Source: an uncultured Verrucomicrobiae bacterium (lineage in GTDB: Bacteria; Verrucomicrobiota; Verrucomicrobiia; Palsa-1439). Taken from it: DNA of 64,000 nt. The stretch covers positions 867,001 to 931,000 of the forward strand of contig CAWIJG010000002.1 of NCBI GenBank assembly GCA_963836315.1, read 5' to 3'. Position 1 is the stretch's first letter. Every line of letters begins with the position of its first letter. The position numbers and the translations under genes were made by a program. Under the pieces are notes generated by a model. It made no database searches, was not told the DNA's origin, and was given only the letters and a program-made list of their open reading frames with translations. Below, piece by piece: positions 27,216-38,334 of this stretch.

Positions 27216-29342
27216 ATGTTTTCGAAAATCGGTCCGGTCGCGTTATTGGCGGGCCTATTGGCTGCCTGCTCCACCGTAAAGCACCCTTCGGTCACCCACA
27301 TGGATTCCCTCCAAGAGTTTCAGAAACGCGCCGGCCGGTTCCACAGCATCATCACCGTGCCGACATTTGAGACAACGACGAACGAAGTCCAGGGGTCGGT
27401 GAAGCAAGCCATTGTTTCCGGCAACGTGGCCCTTGACCGCATCGGCAAACTCGGCCCGGGCGAAGTGACGTTCACCAACACCGTGCGGGCGCTCGATGAT
27501 CTCGAGTTTCAACTCGGTCTCGTGGACAATCGGCTCTCGCTCATCAAGGAAACCAGCACGGACGCTGCTGTCCGCGACGCCGCGACGGACTCGCTGAAAG
27601 AACTTGAGGAATGGATGGTGAGCCTAGACTATCGTGAGGACGTTTATCGCGCCGTCAAGGCCTATGCCGACACCAAGCCCCGACTGGAAGGCGAGGACGC
27701 CAAGCTTCTTTCCGAAACCATGCGCGACTACCGCCGGGCCGGGCTGGAGTTGCCCAAGGCCGACCGCGACGAAGTCGAGCGGATGCGCAAGGAACTGTCG
27801 CGGTTGACGACCGATTTCGACACCGACATCACGAAGGCGGAAAAGTCGCTCAAGTTTACGAAGGCGGAACTCGACGGCGTGCCGGAAGATTTTCTGAAGC
27901 AAATCAAGTCCGGCGACGATGAGTACACCGTGATGGCGAACATCACCTGGCATTACATCACCGTCATGGACAACGCCACGCGTGAGGACACGCGGAAACG
28001 GTTGTATATCGAGCAGAGTAATCTGGCGAAGGAAGAAAATGTGCCGTTGCTCGAAAAAATTCTCCCATTGCGCGACGACATCGCCAAAAAACTCGGCTAC
28101 AAGACTTGGGCGGATTACCAAACCGAAGTCAAGATGGTCGAAAACGCGGCCACGGCCATCCGCTTCCTGGAAGATCTGAAAACCGGCTTGCAGCCCAAGT
28201 TCCGCGCCGAGTTGGAGGAGTTTCGCCAACTCAAAGTCAAGGAGACCGGCGACACGAACGCGACAATCAACGTCTGGGACTGGCGGCATTACAGCAACCA
28301 GTTGAAGAAGGACAAGTACAACGTGGATGCCGAGCAATTGCGCGTTTACTTCCCGTATCAGCACGTGCTCGAAGGTATGTTCACCATTTACCAGAGTATC
28401 TTTGGATTGAAGTTCGAGCGCGTCGATCCGCCGTACAAGTGGATCGGTGATTTGCAGCTCTACACCGTGTCGGACGCGAACACCGGCGAACCGCTCGGTT
28501 TGTTCTACCTCGATATGTTCCCGCGCGAAGGGAAATACAATCACTTCGCCGAATTCGGCATCATTGACGGCAAGTTGTTGCCGGATGGAAGGTACCAACG
28601 GCCCACCGCCGCGCTGGTCTGCAATTTCCCGGCGCCCACGACCGATCATCCTTCATTGATGTCGCATGATGACGTGGTGACCATCTTCCACGAATTCGGC
28701 CACGCCATGCACTCAATCCTGACCCGTGCGAAATACAGCCGCTTCGCCGGCACAAGCGTGCCACGCGATTTCGTCGAAGCCCCGTCGCAAATGCTCGAGA
28801 ACTGGCCGTGGGACAAGAAGGTTCTGGACCGTTTTGCGGCTGACTACCGCGATCCGTCGAAGAAAATCCCCCCGGCGATTCTCGCCAGCCTCAAGGAAGC
28901 CCGCCTCGCCACCGAAGGCACGCGGTACGAGCGTCAGCTCTCATTCTCGCTGCTGGATCTGGCGTTGCACACCCAAATCCACGACACCAACGCCCAAGAT
29001 GTTGTGAAACTGTCTAATCAGGTGCTCAGCGAGGTGTTCCTGCCGGTTCCCGATGACACGGCGTTCGTCGCGTACTTTGGCCACTTGATGGGCTACGACG
29101 CCGGCTATTACGGCTATGCGTGGGCTGACGCGATCGCCGCTGACATGAACACGGTGTTCGAGAAAGCACCCGACGGCCACCTTGACAGGCAGGCGGGCAT
29201 GCGGCTGCGCAAGGAAATCTACGAGCCCGGGGATTCCCGCGACGTGAACATCTCCATCGAGAAATTCCTCGGCCGCCCGCGCTCGATCGAGCCGTTCCTG
29301 AAGAGGATCGGGATTGGCGGCGAATCCACCAAGAGCCCGTGA
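27216..29342 (+). CDS. M3-family zinc metallopeptidase (oligopeptidase A / Dcp-like), lipoprotein
   Basis: HEXXH zinc motif (TIFHEFGHAMHS). Start placed at ATG 27216 with lipobox LLAGLLAAC; the track starts at an upstream TTG. Confidence 0.85.
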   Translation: MFSKIGPVALLAGLLAACSTVKHPSVTHMDSLQEFQKRAGRFHSIITVPTFETTTNEVQGSVKQAIVSGNVALDRIGKLGPGEVTFTNTVRALDDLEFQLGLVDNRLSLIKETSTDAAVRDAATDSLKELEEWMVSLDYREDVYRAVKAYADTKPRLEGEDAKLLSETMRDYRRAGLELPKADRDEVERMRKELSRLTTDFDTDITKAEKSLKFTKAELDGVPEDFLKQIKSGDDEYTVMANITWHYITVMDNATREDTRKRLYIEQSNLAKEENVPLLEKILPLRDDIAKKLGYKTWADYQTEVKMVENAATAIRFLEDLKTGLQPKFRAELEEFRQLKVKETGDTNATINVWDWRHYSNQLKKDKYNVDAEQLRVYFPYQHVLEGMFTIYQSIFGLKFERVDPPYKWIGDLQLYTVSDANTGEPLGLFYLDMFPREGKYNHFAEFGIIDGKLLPDGRYQRPTAALVCNFPAPTTDHPSLMSHDDVVTIFHEFGHAMHSILTRAKYSRFAGTSVPRDFVEAPSQMLENWPWDKKVLDRFAADYRDPSKKIPPAILASLKEARLATEGTRYERQLSFSLLDLALHTQIHDTNAQDVVKLSNQVLSEVFLPVPDDTAFVAYFGHLMGYDAGYYGYAWADAIAADMNTVFEKAPDGHLDRQAGMRLRKEIYEPGDSRDVNISIEKFLGRPRSIEPFLKRIGIGGESTKSP

Positions 29343-29345
29343 CCG

Positions 29346-30980
29346 ATGCGACGGAATCGGCGAAAGGCGTGGTGTGGGTGCGGGCTTTTCCTGTTCCTGG
29401 TGCTATTACTCACAGGCTGCAGTCGGCGCGAGACCCGCGTCGAAGTGGGTGATCGGGCGCAGATCCTCTATGAAGGCAACGGCGGAGAACCGCAGGAGCT
29501 TGATCCGCATATTGTCACCGGGGTTTCCGAGCAACGCCTTCTGATGACATTGCTGGAGGGCTTGTTGAGCCAGGATCCGGTGGATTTCCATCCTATTCCT
29601 GGCGTGGCAGAGAAATGGGACATCTCGCCGGATGGGAAGATCTACACATTTTATCTGAGAAGGGATGCGCGCTGGTCAAATGGCGACCCGGTTACCGCCC
29701 ACGACTTCTGGGAATCCTACAAGCGAATCCTCGCGCCGTCGCTGGCGGCCGAGTATGCCTACATGCTGTTTCCCGTAACCAACGCACAAGCGTACAATGA
29801 AGGCAAGATCACGGACTTCAACCAAGTTGGTTTCAAGGTGCTGGATGACTACGCGTTTCAAATCACCCTGGAGAACCCGACTCCCTATTTGCTGTCAGTC
29901 ATCAATTACCATTCTTCCTGGATGCCAGTACATATGCCGACCCTTCGAAAATATGGGGACCCGTATCAGCGCGGGAACAAATGGACGCGTGCGGGGCGCT
30001 TTGTCGGCAACGGCCCGTTTGTGCTGTCACAATGGAGAGTCAATGACGTCGTCGTGGTAAAGAAGAGTCCGACCTATTGGGACCGGGGCCGCGTGCGTCT
30101 CAACGAGATTCATTTTTTGCCCATCGAGAGCGACGACACGGAAGAGCGGGCGTTTCGCGCCGGGCAGCTTCACATTACGGAAACCTTGCCGTTGACGAAG
30201 ATCGATTTCTACAAAAAGAATTATCCCGACCTGCTGGACATTGAGCCCTATCTCGGGACGTATTTCTATCGCATCAATGTCACCAGGCCGCCGCTCAACG
30301 ATAAGCGCGTGCGCCGCGCGCTGGCCCTGACAATCGACCGCAAAAGCCTTGTGGAAGATGTTTTGCGGGGCGGCCAACTGCCGGCGTTCTGTCTGACGCC
30401 TCCCGGCACGGGGGGCTACACGTCCCGCACGCAATTGCACGAAGACATCGCGGAAGCGAAACGATTGCTGGCCGAAGCCGGTTATCCGGACGGGAAAGGG
30501 TTTCCGCCAATCGAACTTCTTTATAACACCGTGGAAGCGCACCGCATCATCGCGGAGTCGATTCAGCAAATGTGGAAGAAGAACCTTGGCATTGATGCGC
30601 GGCTCGTGAACCAGGAATGGAAGGTCTATCTCGATGCACAGCGTACGCTGAGTTATCAGGTTTGCCGCGCTTCGTGGATCGGCGATTACGTCGATCCCAA
30701 CACCTTCCTCGATATGTGGCTGACCGGGGGGGGAACAATGAAACCGGCTGGTCGAATCTCCAATACGATCACCTCATCGCTGAAGCCGCCCGCACCACAG
30801 ACCCGCAGCAGCGGCTGGAGGTGTTTCAAAAGGCGGAAGCTATTCTACTCGACGAACTGCCGATCATTCCCATCTATTTCTACACGCACGTCAATGCGCG
30901 GCGGCCGGAAGTCAAAGGTTGGTATCCGACACTTTTGGACTATCATCCGTATCAATATGTGTACCTGGCGCCGAACCTGA
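29346..30980 (+). CDS. Peptide ABC transporter substrate-binding lipoprotein (OppA/DppA family 5), interrupted by an apparent frameshift at a G8 run (30726-30733)
   Basis: Lipobox LLLTGC. Family-5 SBP-like body. The C-terminal ~80 aa (GNNETGWSNLQYDHLIAEAART...) reads in another frame after the G run; one added G joins the frames. Confidence 0.8.
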   Translation: MRRNRRKAWCGCGLFLFLVLLLTGCSRRETRVEVGDRAQILYEGNGGEPQELDPHIVTGVSEQRLLMTLLEGLLSQDPVDFHPIPGVAEKWDISPDGKIYTFYLRRDARWSNGDPVTAHDFWESYKRILAPSLAAEYAYMLFPVTNAQAYNEGKITDFNQVGFKVLDDYAFQITLENPTPYLLSVINYHSSWMPVHMPTLRKYGDPYQRGNKWTRAGRFVGNGPFVLSQWRVNDVVVVKKSPTYWDRGRVRLNEIHFLPIESDDTEERAFRAGQLHITETLPLTKIDFYKKNYPDLLDIEPYLGTYFYRINVTRPPLNDKRVRRALALTIDRKSLVEDVLRGGQLPAFCLTPPGTGGYTSRTQLHEDIAEAKRLLAEAGYPDGKGFPPIELLYNTVEAHRIIAESIQQMWKKNLGIDARLVNQEWKVYLDAQRTLSYQVCRASWIGDYVDPNTFLDMWLTGGGTMKPAGRISNTITSSLKPPAPQTRSSGWRCFKRRKLFYSTNCRSFPSISTRTSMRGGRKSKVGIRHFWTIIRINMCTWRRT

Positions 30981-30996
30981 ACTGATTTCGCTGACC

Positions 30997-31914
30997 ATGC
31001 TTCGTTTCATCGCCAAACGATTTCTGGAAATGATTCCGGTCCTGTTTGTGATCGCCACGATCACGTTTTTCATGGTGCGCCTCGCGCCAGGCGGACCGTT
31101 CACCACTGAAAAAACCATTCCTCCGGAGATTCAGAAGAAGATTGAAGCCTTTTACGGATTGAACAAGCCGCTCTTCCAACAGTATCTCGATTACATGGGC
31201 AACCTGCTCAAGGGTGACTTGGGGCCATCCTTCAAATACGCGACGTGGTCGGTCAACGAACTCATCTGGTCGGCCTTCCCGGTTTCCCTGGAACTCGGCT
31301 GCTACGGTCTGGCGATTGCATTGATTCTTGGACTAGGTGCGGGCATCGTCGCCTCCTTGCGCCAGAATTCGGCACTCGACCACGTCTCCATGTCACTGGC
31401 GATGGTCGGCATTTGCGTCCCGACGTTTGTATTGGGGCCATTGTTGATCCTGATGTTTGGGCTGGGGCTGGGCTGGGTCAACGCTTCCGGCTGGGATTCC
31501 GCACGTGACCGCATCCTGCCGTCGCTTACGCTGGGCGTGTTTTACGCGGCCTACATTGCGCGATTGGCGCGTAGCGGCATGCTGGAAATCCTGAACCAGG
31601 ATTTTATCCGTACGGCGCGCGCCAAGGGGGCGTCCCCCAAACGGATCATTCTCAAACACGCGCTCAAGGGCGGCCTGTTGCCGGTCGTGTCGTTCCTCGG
31701 TCCGGCCGTCGCCGATATCATCACCGGCTCGTTTGTGGTGGAAACAATTTTTCAGGTGCCCGGCCTGGGCCGGTTCTTCGTGACGGCGGCGTTCAATCGT
31801 GATTACACGATGGTGCTCGGCACGGTTCTGTTCTACGCCGTGCTGATCATTCTGCTCAACCTTGTTGTGGACATCGTTCAAGTTTGGCTGAATCCGAGAT
31901 TACGGTTTGAATAA
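30997..31914 (+). CDS. Peptide ABC transporter permease (OppB/DppB-like)
   Basis: Start at ATG 30997 (MLRFIAKRFLEMIPVLF). 6 TM, EAA-like loop region. Confidence 0.85.
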   Translation: MLRFIAKRFLEMIPVLFVIATITFFMVRLAPGGPFTTEKTIPPEIQKKIEAFYGLNKPLFQQYLDYMGNLLKGDLGPSFKYATWSVNELIWSAFPVSLELGCYGLAIALILGLGAGIVASLRQNSALDHVSMSLAMVGICVPTFVLGPLLILMFGLGLGWVNASGWDSARDRILPSLTLGVFYAAYIARLARSGMLEILNQDFIRTARAKGASPKRIILKHALKGGLLPVVSFLGPAVADIITGSFVVETIFQVPGLGRFFVTAAFNRDYTMVLGTVLFYAVLIILLNLVVDIVQVWLNPRLRFE

Positions 31915-31915
31915 G

Positions 31916-32821
31916 ATGCAACAAGCCATTGCTCCAGAGCTGCCGCAAACAACGCCCCTTATCAAAGAGGAGGCGGGCGGTTCATTGTGGCAGGACGCCT
32001 GGCACCGGCTTTGCCGGAACAGGATGGCTGTGGCCAGCGCCGTGATCCTGACCGTGCTCACGCTCCTGTCGGCGTTTGCGCCCTGGATTGCCCCGTATTC
32101 CTATGAGGAACAAAACCTTGCGCTTCGGGCCGTGCCCCCGCAAGCCGGCCATTGGCTCGGCACCGACGCCCTCGGTCGCGATCAACTCACACGCTTGTTA
32201 TATGGCGGGCGCGTGTCGCTCATGGTGGGCATCGTCGCCACGGGCGTGGCGCTGGTCATTGGTGTAACCTACGGCGCGATCTCTGGCTTTTACGGCGGCA
32301 TGGTCGATGTGGTGATGATGCGCACCGTGGACATCATCTACGCGCTGCCGTTCACGATTTTTGTCATTTTGCTGATGGTCTTTTTCGGGCGGGATATCCG
32401 GCTGTTATTTGTGGCCATCGGCGCGGTCGAATGGTTGACCATGGCGCGCATCGTGCGCGCCCAGGTGCAAGCGCTCCAAAAACAGGAATTCATCGAGGCT
32501 GCACGCGCGCTGGGGTTGCGACGGCGGCGGATCATCTTCGTGCACATGCTGCCAAACGTTATTGGCCCGATCATTGTGTATGCCACGTTGACGGTGCCGG
32601 CGGTCATGCTGCTGGAGGCGTTCCTGAGTTTCCTCGGGCTGGGAGTCCAGCCGCCGATGAGTTCGTGGGGCCTGATGATCAAGGACGGCGCGGATCGGAT
32701 GGAGGAATGTCCCTGGCTGCTCATCGCGCCGGGCGTGACGCTGGCCACGACATTGTTTTGCCTGAACTTCCTCGGCGATGGGCTGCGCGACGCGCTCGAC
32801 GTGCGGACTTCGAAGGATTGA
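31916..32821 (+). CDS. Peptide ABC transporter permease (OppC/DppC-like)
   Basis: Start at ATG 31916, 2 nt after the upstream stop. BPD-transporter-like TM core. Confidence 0.85.
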   Translation: MQQAIAPELPQTTPLIKEEAGGSLWQDAWHRLCRNRMAVASAVILTVLTLLSAFAPWIAPYSYEEQNLALRAVPPQAGHWLGTDALGRDQLTRLLYGGRVSLMVGIVATGVALVIGVTYGAISGFYGGMVDVVMMRTVDIIYALPFTIFVILLMVFFGRDIRLLFVAIGAVEWLTMARIVRAQVQALQKQEFIEAARALGLRRRRIIFVHMLPNVIGPIIVYATLTVPAVMLLEAFLSFLGLGVQPPMSSWGLMIKDGADRMEECPWLLIAPGVTLATTLFCLNFLGDGLRDALDVRTSKD

Positions 32822-32824
32822 CCC

Positions 32825-33823
32825 ATGCCCCTGCTCACCGTCACCAATCTCACCGTCTACTTCCACACACGCAACGGTGTGGTGCGCGCCGTCGAGGACG
32901 TTTCGTTTGAAATCGAGAAAGGCCAGACCGTCGCCATCGTGGGCGAATCCGGTTCCGGCAAATCCGTCACGTGCTATTCGTTAATGGGTCTGGTCTCACA
33001 GCCGCCGGGAAGAATCGAGAGCGGCTCCGCCATCTTCGACGGCAAGATCGATTTGCTGAAATGCCCGCCCCAGGAGTTGAACCGGATCCGCGGCAAGCGC
33101 ATCGCGATGATTTTCCAGGACCCGATGACGTCGCTGAATCCATATTTGCGAATTGAAGACCAGTTGATCGAGCCGCTGATGATTCACGAAGCTATCGACC
33201 GGCGCGACGCCGTCAGGCGCGGCATACGCGCGCTGGAGGAGGTCGGCGTGCCGGACGCAGCCCATCGGATTCGCGGTTACCCACACGAATTCTCCGGCGG
33301 CATGCGCCAGCGCGTTATGATCGCGATGGCGCTCATCACCCAGCCCGAATTGCTCATCGCCGATGAACCGACCACCGCGCTGGACGTCACGATCCAAGCG
33401 CAGATTCTCGATCTGTTGAAGGACCTCAAGAAGAAAACCGGCATGAGCATCCTGTTGATCACGCACAACCTCGGCATTGTTGGCGACCTTGCGGACAAAG
33501 TCGCGGTCATGTACGCGGGCCGTATTGTCGAACAAGCGCCCGCCGCCGTGCTCCTAAAAAAGCCGCTGCATCCCTACACCGTCGGATTGATGCGCTCGAT
33601 CCCCAAGCTCGGCACACACGCCAAACGACTCCAGTCGATTCCCGGGACCGTGCCGGATGCCACGCGGTTGCCGGCAGGCTGCAAGTTCCACGCGCGTTGC
33701 GACCGCGCCCAAAGCGATTGCACGCTCGATCCCGAACCGATGTTGGTCGAAGCCGACGGCAGCACACGCGATGTTCGCTGCCCCTACTGGGACAAGCCGG
33801 ATTTGAAGAGGATCATCCCATGA
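32825..33823 (+). CDS. Peptide ABC transporter ATP-binding protein (OppD/DppD-like)
   Basis: Walker A GESGSGKS, signature FSGGMRQR, C-terminal oligopeptide-type extension. Confidence 0.9.
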   Translation: MPLLTVTNLTVYFHTRNGVVRAVEDVSFEIEKGQTVAIVGESGSGKSVTCYSLMGLVSQPPGRIESGSAIFDGKIDLLKCPPQELNRIRGKRIAMIFQDPMTSLNPYLRIEDQLIEPLMIHEAIDRRDAVRRGIRALEEVGVPDAAHRIRGYPHEFSGGMRQRVMIAMALITQPELLIADEPTTALDVTIQAQILDLLKDLKKKTGMSILLITHNLGIVGDLADKVAVMYAGRIVEQAPAAVLLKKPLHPYTVGLMRSIPKLGTHAKRLQSIPGTVPDATRLPAGCKFHARCDRAQSDCTLDPEPMLVEADGSTRDVRCPYWDKPDLKRIIP

Positions 33824-34743
33824 GCCTCGTCGAAGTCAACCAGCTCAAGGCGTATTTTCCGGTTCGCGCGGGCGTGCTGCAGCGTCCGGTCGGCTGGGTG
33901 CGCGCGGTGGATGGCGTGAGTCTCGCGGTCAACGAAGGGGAAACGGTCGGCCTCGTTGGCGAGAGCGGCTGTGGCAAGACCACGCTGGGACGCACGATGT
34001 TGCGTTTGATTGAACCGACCGCCGGCGAGATCCGGTTCGACGGACAGGACATCACCCAACTCGACCGGACCGGCCTGAAGCCGTTCCGCCGCAAGGCGCA
34101 GATGATCTTCCAGGATCCGTACGGCTCCCTCAACCCGCGAATGACCATTGGCAACATCATCGCCGAGCCGCTGCGCATCCATAAACTGTGCGCGAATAAG
34201 AACGGCGAACGCGAGCGGGTCGCCGAATTGCTGCGCTCGGTCGGTCTTTCGCCTGAACACGCGCGCCGCTATCCGCACGAGTTCAGCGGGGGCCAGCGCC
34301 AACGGATCGGCATCGCGCGCGCGCTCGCCGTGGAACCAAAGTTCATCATCTGCGACGAGCCCGTCAGCGCCCTCGACGTCAGTGTGCAAGCGCAGATCAT
34401 CAACTTGCTGCAGGAACTTCAGGAGAAACTCACGCTCACGTATCTGTTCATCGCCCACGATCTCGCGGTCGTCGAACATATCAGCAACCGTGTCCTGGTG
34501 ATGTACTACGGAAAGATCGTTGAGGAAGCGAGCGCTGAGGATATTTATCGCAATCCGGTTCATCCCTACACGAAAGCGCTGTTGTCCGCTGTCCCGACGG
34601 TGGAACCGTCGGAGAAGCGCCCGCGCATCATCTGGCCACCGCTGGGCACCACGGCCGACCAAGCGCGTGCTTCGCTGCAGCAGAAGAAACTCGAGCGACA
34701 CGAAGTGCGGCCGAACCATTGGGTGCTGGAGGAAATCGCCTAA
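33820..34743 (+). CDS. Peptide ABC transporter ATP-binding protein (OppF/DppF-like)
   Basis: Start ATG 33820 overlaps the upstream stop (ATGA). Walker [10 protein letters not shown], signature FSGGQRQR. Confidence 0.9.
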   Translation: MSLVEVNQLKAYFPVRAGVLQRPVGWVRAVDGVSLAVNEGETVGLVGESGCGKTTLGRTMLRLIEPTAGEIRFDGQDITQLDRTGLKPFRRKAQMIFQDPYGSLNPRMTIGNIIAEPLRIHKLCANKNGERERVAELLRSVGLSPEHARRYPHEFSGGQRQRIGIARALAVEPKFIICDEPVSALDVSVQAQIINLLQELQEKLTLTYLFIAHDLAVVEHISNRVLVMYYGKIVEEASAEDIYRNPVHPYTKALLSAVPTVEPSEKRPRIIWPPLGTTADQARASLQQKKLERHEVRPNHWVLEEIA

Positions 34744-35861
34744 GCTGGAATTCGCGCGGCCAACTCCCGTGCCGCCGAAGCGAGAAGTTCTTCAGCACGG
34801 GCTAGGGCCTCGTCCATCGCCATTCCCGGCTTCATGGACGCCAGCGCGAACTCGATTCCCCCGCGCCGGCATAGTTCTTCAGAAACCTGCACGCTGCCCG
34901 CAATCACGATCACTTTCACCTTGTGCTCCGCCGCAAGCCTGGCAACGCCGGACACAACTTTGCCCCGCAGAGATTGTTCATCAAAGCGGCCTTCGCCTGT
35001 GATCACCCAGTCCGCGTCAGCAAGTTCAGCCTCCAGTTGGTTCGCCCGGATGACCGTCTCGATACCCGGCACCAGCCGGGCATTCATGAACGCCATTGCT
35101 CCCGCCGCCAAACCGCCGGCCGCTCCTGCGCCGGGCACATCGGTGATTTCCCTTTCCAACTGCTCCTTGACCAACTCCCCGAGATGCTGCAGTCCCTTGT
35201 TGAGCTGCTCGACCATCGGCTCCGTCGCCCCTTTCTGTGGGCCAAACACCCGGGCTGCCCCATGCTCGCCACAGAGCGGATTATCAACATCACAGAGCAC
35301 TTCAACCGCGGGCACTCTCAAGCCAATGGGCGGCACAATCTGTGCGATTCTCTGCAATTCACCGCCGCCAAAGCCAATCATCTTCCCTTGCGCATCCAGA
35401 AACTGCCAGGCGATCGCCATCGCCGCGCCGATGCCGCCATCCATCGTCGCGCTGCCACCAACCGCCAGCCAAATGCGCTTCGCGCCGTGTTTGATCGCCG
35501 CCCGAATCAACTCACCGGTTCCGTATGTGGTCGTCAGCAGAGGATTTCGTTGTTCGGGTTTCAGCAAAACCAATCCGCTCGCGTTCGCCATCGCGACAAT
35601 TGCCGTGGCATCCTTGGGCAACCATGCATATTTTGCCACACAACGCATATTGGGGAGGGGGCCCATGACGGAGACCGCGAGCCATTCGCCTCCCAGCGCC
35701 GTGAGAAGAACCTCGTCGGTTCCCTCGCCGCCGTCGGCCATCGGTTTCGTAACAACGCGCAGCCCCGGACGCGCCGAAAGCAGGGTGCTATGCACAATCT
35801 CGCAGGCCCGCGCCGCCGTGAGGCTGCCCTTGAACTTGTCGAGCGCGACGACGATCTTCAT
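34740..35861 (-). CDS. glxK: Glycerate kinase
   Basis: Start ATG 35861 ([14 protein letters not shown]). Glycerate-kinase-like throughout ([17 protein letters not shown]). Confidence 0.8.
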   Translation of the reverse strand: MKIVVALDKFKGSLTAARACEIVHSTLLSARPGLRVVTKPMADGGEGTDEVLLTALGGEWLAVSVMGPLPNMRCVAKYAWLPKDATAIVAMANASGLVLLKPEQRNPLLTTTYGTGELIRAAIKHGAKRIWLAVGGSATMDGGIGAAMAIAWQFLDAQGKMIGFGGGELQRIAQIVPPIGLRVPAVEVLCDVDNPLCGEHGAARVFGPQKGATEPMVEQLNKGLQHLGELVKEQLEREITDVPGAGAAGGLAAGAMAFMNARLVPGIETVIRANQLEAELADADWVITGEGRFDEQSLRGKVVSGVARLAAEHKVKVIVIAGSVQVSEELCRRGGIEFALASMKPGMAMDEALARAEELLASAARELAARIPA

Positions 35862-35912
35862 ACCGCGATTATATGACACCAATGACGGGGACGCACGCGA
35901 AGATGGAATCAC

Positions 35913-36398
35913 TCAATGAGAGTGCGCGGGATTCGTGCATTTGCACAACTGTCGATCTCTCCACAGGCCGTACGCCATAACCACCGCCCCGGCGACAAGC
36001 AGTGACGGCGTAACATACGGACCCAGATATACCGATCCAAAGCGACCCGTAATGTTTAGCAACAAGCCAGCAATCACCAGGCGAACCGGCGCGAAGTTTC
36101 GATGATGACGCAACCCGAGCAGGCAGCCGCCCAATCCGAAGATCGCGGCCACGCCAATGGTGACAATGTCCATGGTGCGACTCCAGCGAATCCATTTCAT
36201 CATCAGCAGCACGGGAAAGAAAATTTGCACGACAGGTACCACCGCACAATGCACGGCACAAATTGCGGACAACCACATACCCAGCCGATCCAGTTTGGCA
36301 TGGGTGTGGACCGGCGCGTCACAACCACCGAGCGGTCGCAACGGTGCGTGAGGGGCCTCCGCGATCGGGACGAATACGGTATTCGTGTCAATGCTCAT
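35913..36398 (-). CDS. MerC-like inner-membrane protein with Cys motif (putative metal-binding)
   Basis: Start ATG 36398 (MSIDT...), 161 aa, ~4 TM. First helix has SAICAVHCAVVP, resembling the MerC Cys motif; C-terminal CKC. Overlaps the upstream stop by 1 nt. Confidence 0.4.
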   Translation of the reverse strand: MSIDTNTVFVPIAEAPHAPLRPLGGCDAPVHTHAKLDRLGMWLSAICAVHCAVVPVVQIFFPVLLMMKWIRWSRTMDIVTIGVAAIFGLGGCLLGLRHHRNFAPVRLVIAGLLLNITGRFGSVYLGPYVTPSLLVAGAVVMAYGLWRDRQLCKCTNPAHSH

Positions 36399-36958
36399 TA
36401 CCCGTCGATCTTTTCCGCCGTGAGCACGTAAAGGCTGACCAGATAGCCGTCCTGCTTGGTCTCGCCCACGTTGAAATGACCGCGCACGCGGATGACGTCG
36501 TTGGCGAACTTCGTGGTCTGGCCCGGCGGCATTTTCACCACGACAATGTGATTGACGGCGGGCGGCTGGCCGTAGCAGCAGCCCCACAATGATGGCACGA
36601 GGATAAACTCCGTGATGTTCTTCACTTCGCTCAACGGCATCATGAAGCCGATCATCTCGATTTCTTTTCCATCCAGCCTCTTGATGAAATCGGGAATCGG
36701 CGTCTTGCCCTCGATGTACGTCCAGCTTTTCAGTGTGTCGAATGACAAGCGGGTGTACCTCGCATCCTGCTGATCCAACCCTCCCGACGAAGCCGAAGCC
36801 TGTGCCACCGCGCCCTGGGCCAAATCCAGTTTCATCATCTTCTTCTGTAACAACTGTTGCTGGATAAAACTCGCCAGGCCCGGCAGCAGCACCAAGCCGA
36901 TCACGATCGCGCCTGTGCTGAATGATTTTATCTGTTTCCTAGTCATGGCGACGCCCAT
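36398..36958 (-). CDS. DUF3299-like periplasmic protein (tentative), partner of the FtsX-type ABC transporter
   Basis: Start ATG 36958 (alternative 36946). Signal/TM segment TGAIVIGLVLLPGLASF. Conserved-looking core LVPSLWGCCYGQPPAVNHIVVV. Confidence 0.45.
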   Translation of the reverse strand: MGVAMTRKQIKSFSTGAIVIGLVLLPGLASFIQQQLLQKKMMKLDLAQGAVAQASASSGGLDQQDARYTRLSFDTLKSWTYIEGKTPIPDFIKRLDGKEIEMIGFMMPLSEVKNITEFILVPSLWGCCYGQPPAVNHIVVVKMPPGQTTKFANDVIRVRGHFNVGETKQDGYLVSLYVLTAEKIDG

Positions 36959-36969
36959 AATATACACGT

Positions 36970-38334
36970 TTAGCTGGTCGGTGCCAGATTTCTGGCCACA
37001 TCGGTGCGATAGGCTCCCAGCGCCGGCCCAAGGCCGCTGAGGGCTCCCAACACGACCGCTACACCCAGAATATACCATTCCAAGGCCTGAATGTGAAATG
37101 CCGGAATGACGAATCCCGACGCCTTGTAAAGGAACCCGTTGGACGCGGCGACGACCAGATGCCCGCCGGCGAGACCGGCAGCCGAGCCGATCAGACAAAT
37201 GGTCATGGCTTCCAGCAGCACGATGGAGAAAATCGTCGCCCGCCTCGCGCCGAGCGCGCGTAGGATGGCGATTTCCCGCCGCCGTTCGCTCATCGAGTTG
37301 TAGATCGAAACCGCGATGGCCACGCCCGCGACAATCAGAATCAGTATCGCCTGAGCCAATAGCAGCCGGTCGATATTTCCAACGATATCGAACAGCTTGC
37401 GTATCTCCGCCGCAGGGAATGCCGCCATCGCATCCTGACGGTCGTTGATCTCACGATATAACGGAAACGCGTGGATCGGGCTGCGCAACTTCAGCACAAT
37501 GGACGAAACCTGGCCCGGGTCCGGGTCGTTGTCTTTCTCCTCCACCTTCGCGGGAGCAGTTGGCTCCCGGAGTTCATGCCCTTCGATGTGATAGAAGCTG
37601 TCGAGGTTGATATAGATCGCGCGGTCACACGCCGTATGCGTTGGGGCGAGAACGCCGACCACCGTCCACGGGTTCTCCGTGTGCTCTTTGGCCTCGGCGG
37701 ACGGTTGCACCCCGTGCGCCGCGATAAATGTCTGGCCAATTTTTAGGCCCGTTTCCGACGCGACGGTCGAACCGATGACGGCCTCGAAGGGGTGTTCCTT
37801 GGATTCGGGCTGCGGGGCGGTGGGCTTGACTTCTTCACCGCGCTCTCTGGCCTCGCGTTCCCTCGCCCGCTGTTCGGCTTCTTGAAACGCGCTCTTCAAC
37901 GCTGTCTCGGAGAAATTGAAGATTCGGCCCGCCGCCAATTCCGGTTTGCGCCCTGGCTCGAACTCGAACTCCTTGAAGAACGCATCGGTCGTGCCCACAA
38001 TGCGGAAGCCGTGATAGTTGTCGCCGACCGAAAACGGCACGGCAAGCTTCACGCGTTTATCGTCGCGCAACTGCTCGAATAATTTCCACGAAATATTTCC
38101 GGGGGAAATATCGAGGTTGTACACCGTATTGAGCACCAACTGCAGCGGGCTGCCCTTGGCGCCGACGACCATTTCGTAACCGAGGGTGCCCTGCTCGAAC
38201 CGTTGCTGCACGCCCTGCTTGATCAGCAGGATCGCCACGGCCAATGCCACGCCCAGCGCCACCGATGTGCCCGTCAACCACGTGGCCAACGCGCGTTGGC
38301 GCATGTTCTTGATGACGATCTTGAAGAGGTTCAT
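36970..38334 (-). CDS. FtsX/MacB-type ABC transporter permease with a large periplasmic domain
   Basis: 454 aa: N-terminal TM, ~250-aa periplasmic domain, then a C-terminal 3-TM FtsX-like bundle. ATGA overlap with the upstream ATPase. Confidence 0.8.
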   Translation of the reverse strand: MNLFKIVIKNMRQRALATWLTGTSVALGVALAVAILLIKQGVQQRFEQGTLGYEMVVGAKGSPLQLVLNTVYNLDISPGNISWKLFEQLRDDKRVKLAVPFSVGDNYHGFRIVGTTDAFFKEFEFEPGRKPELAAGRIFNFSETALKSAFQEAEQRAREREARERGEEVKPTAPQPESKEHPFEAVIGSTVASETGLKIGQTFIAAHGVQPSAEAKEHTENPWTVVGVLAPTHTACDRAIYINLDSFYHIEGHELREPTAPAKVEEKDNDPDPGQVSSIVLKLRSPIHAFPLYREINDRQDAMAAFPAAEIRKLFDIVGNIDRLLLAQAILILIVAGVAIAVSIYNSMSERRREIAILRALGARRATIFSIVLLEAMTICLIGSAAGLAGGHLVVAASNGFLYKASGFVIPAFHIQALEWYILGVAVVLGALSGLGPALGAYRTDVARNLAPTS

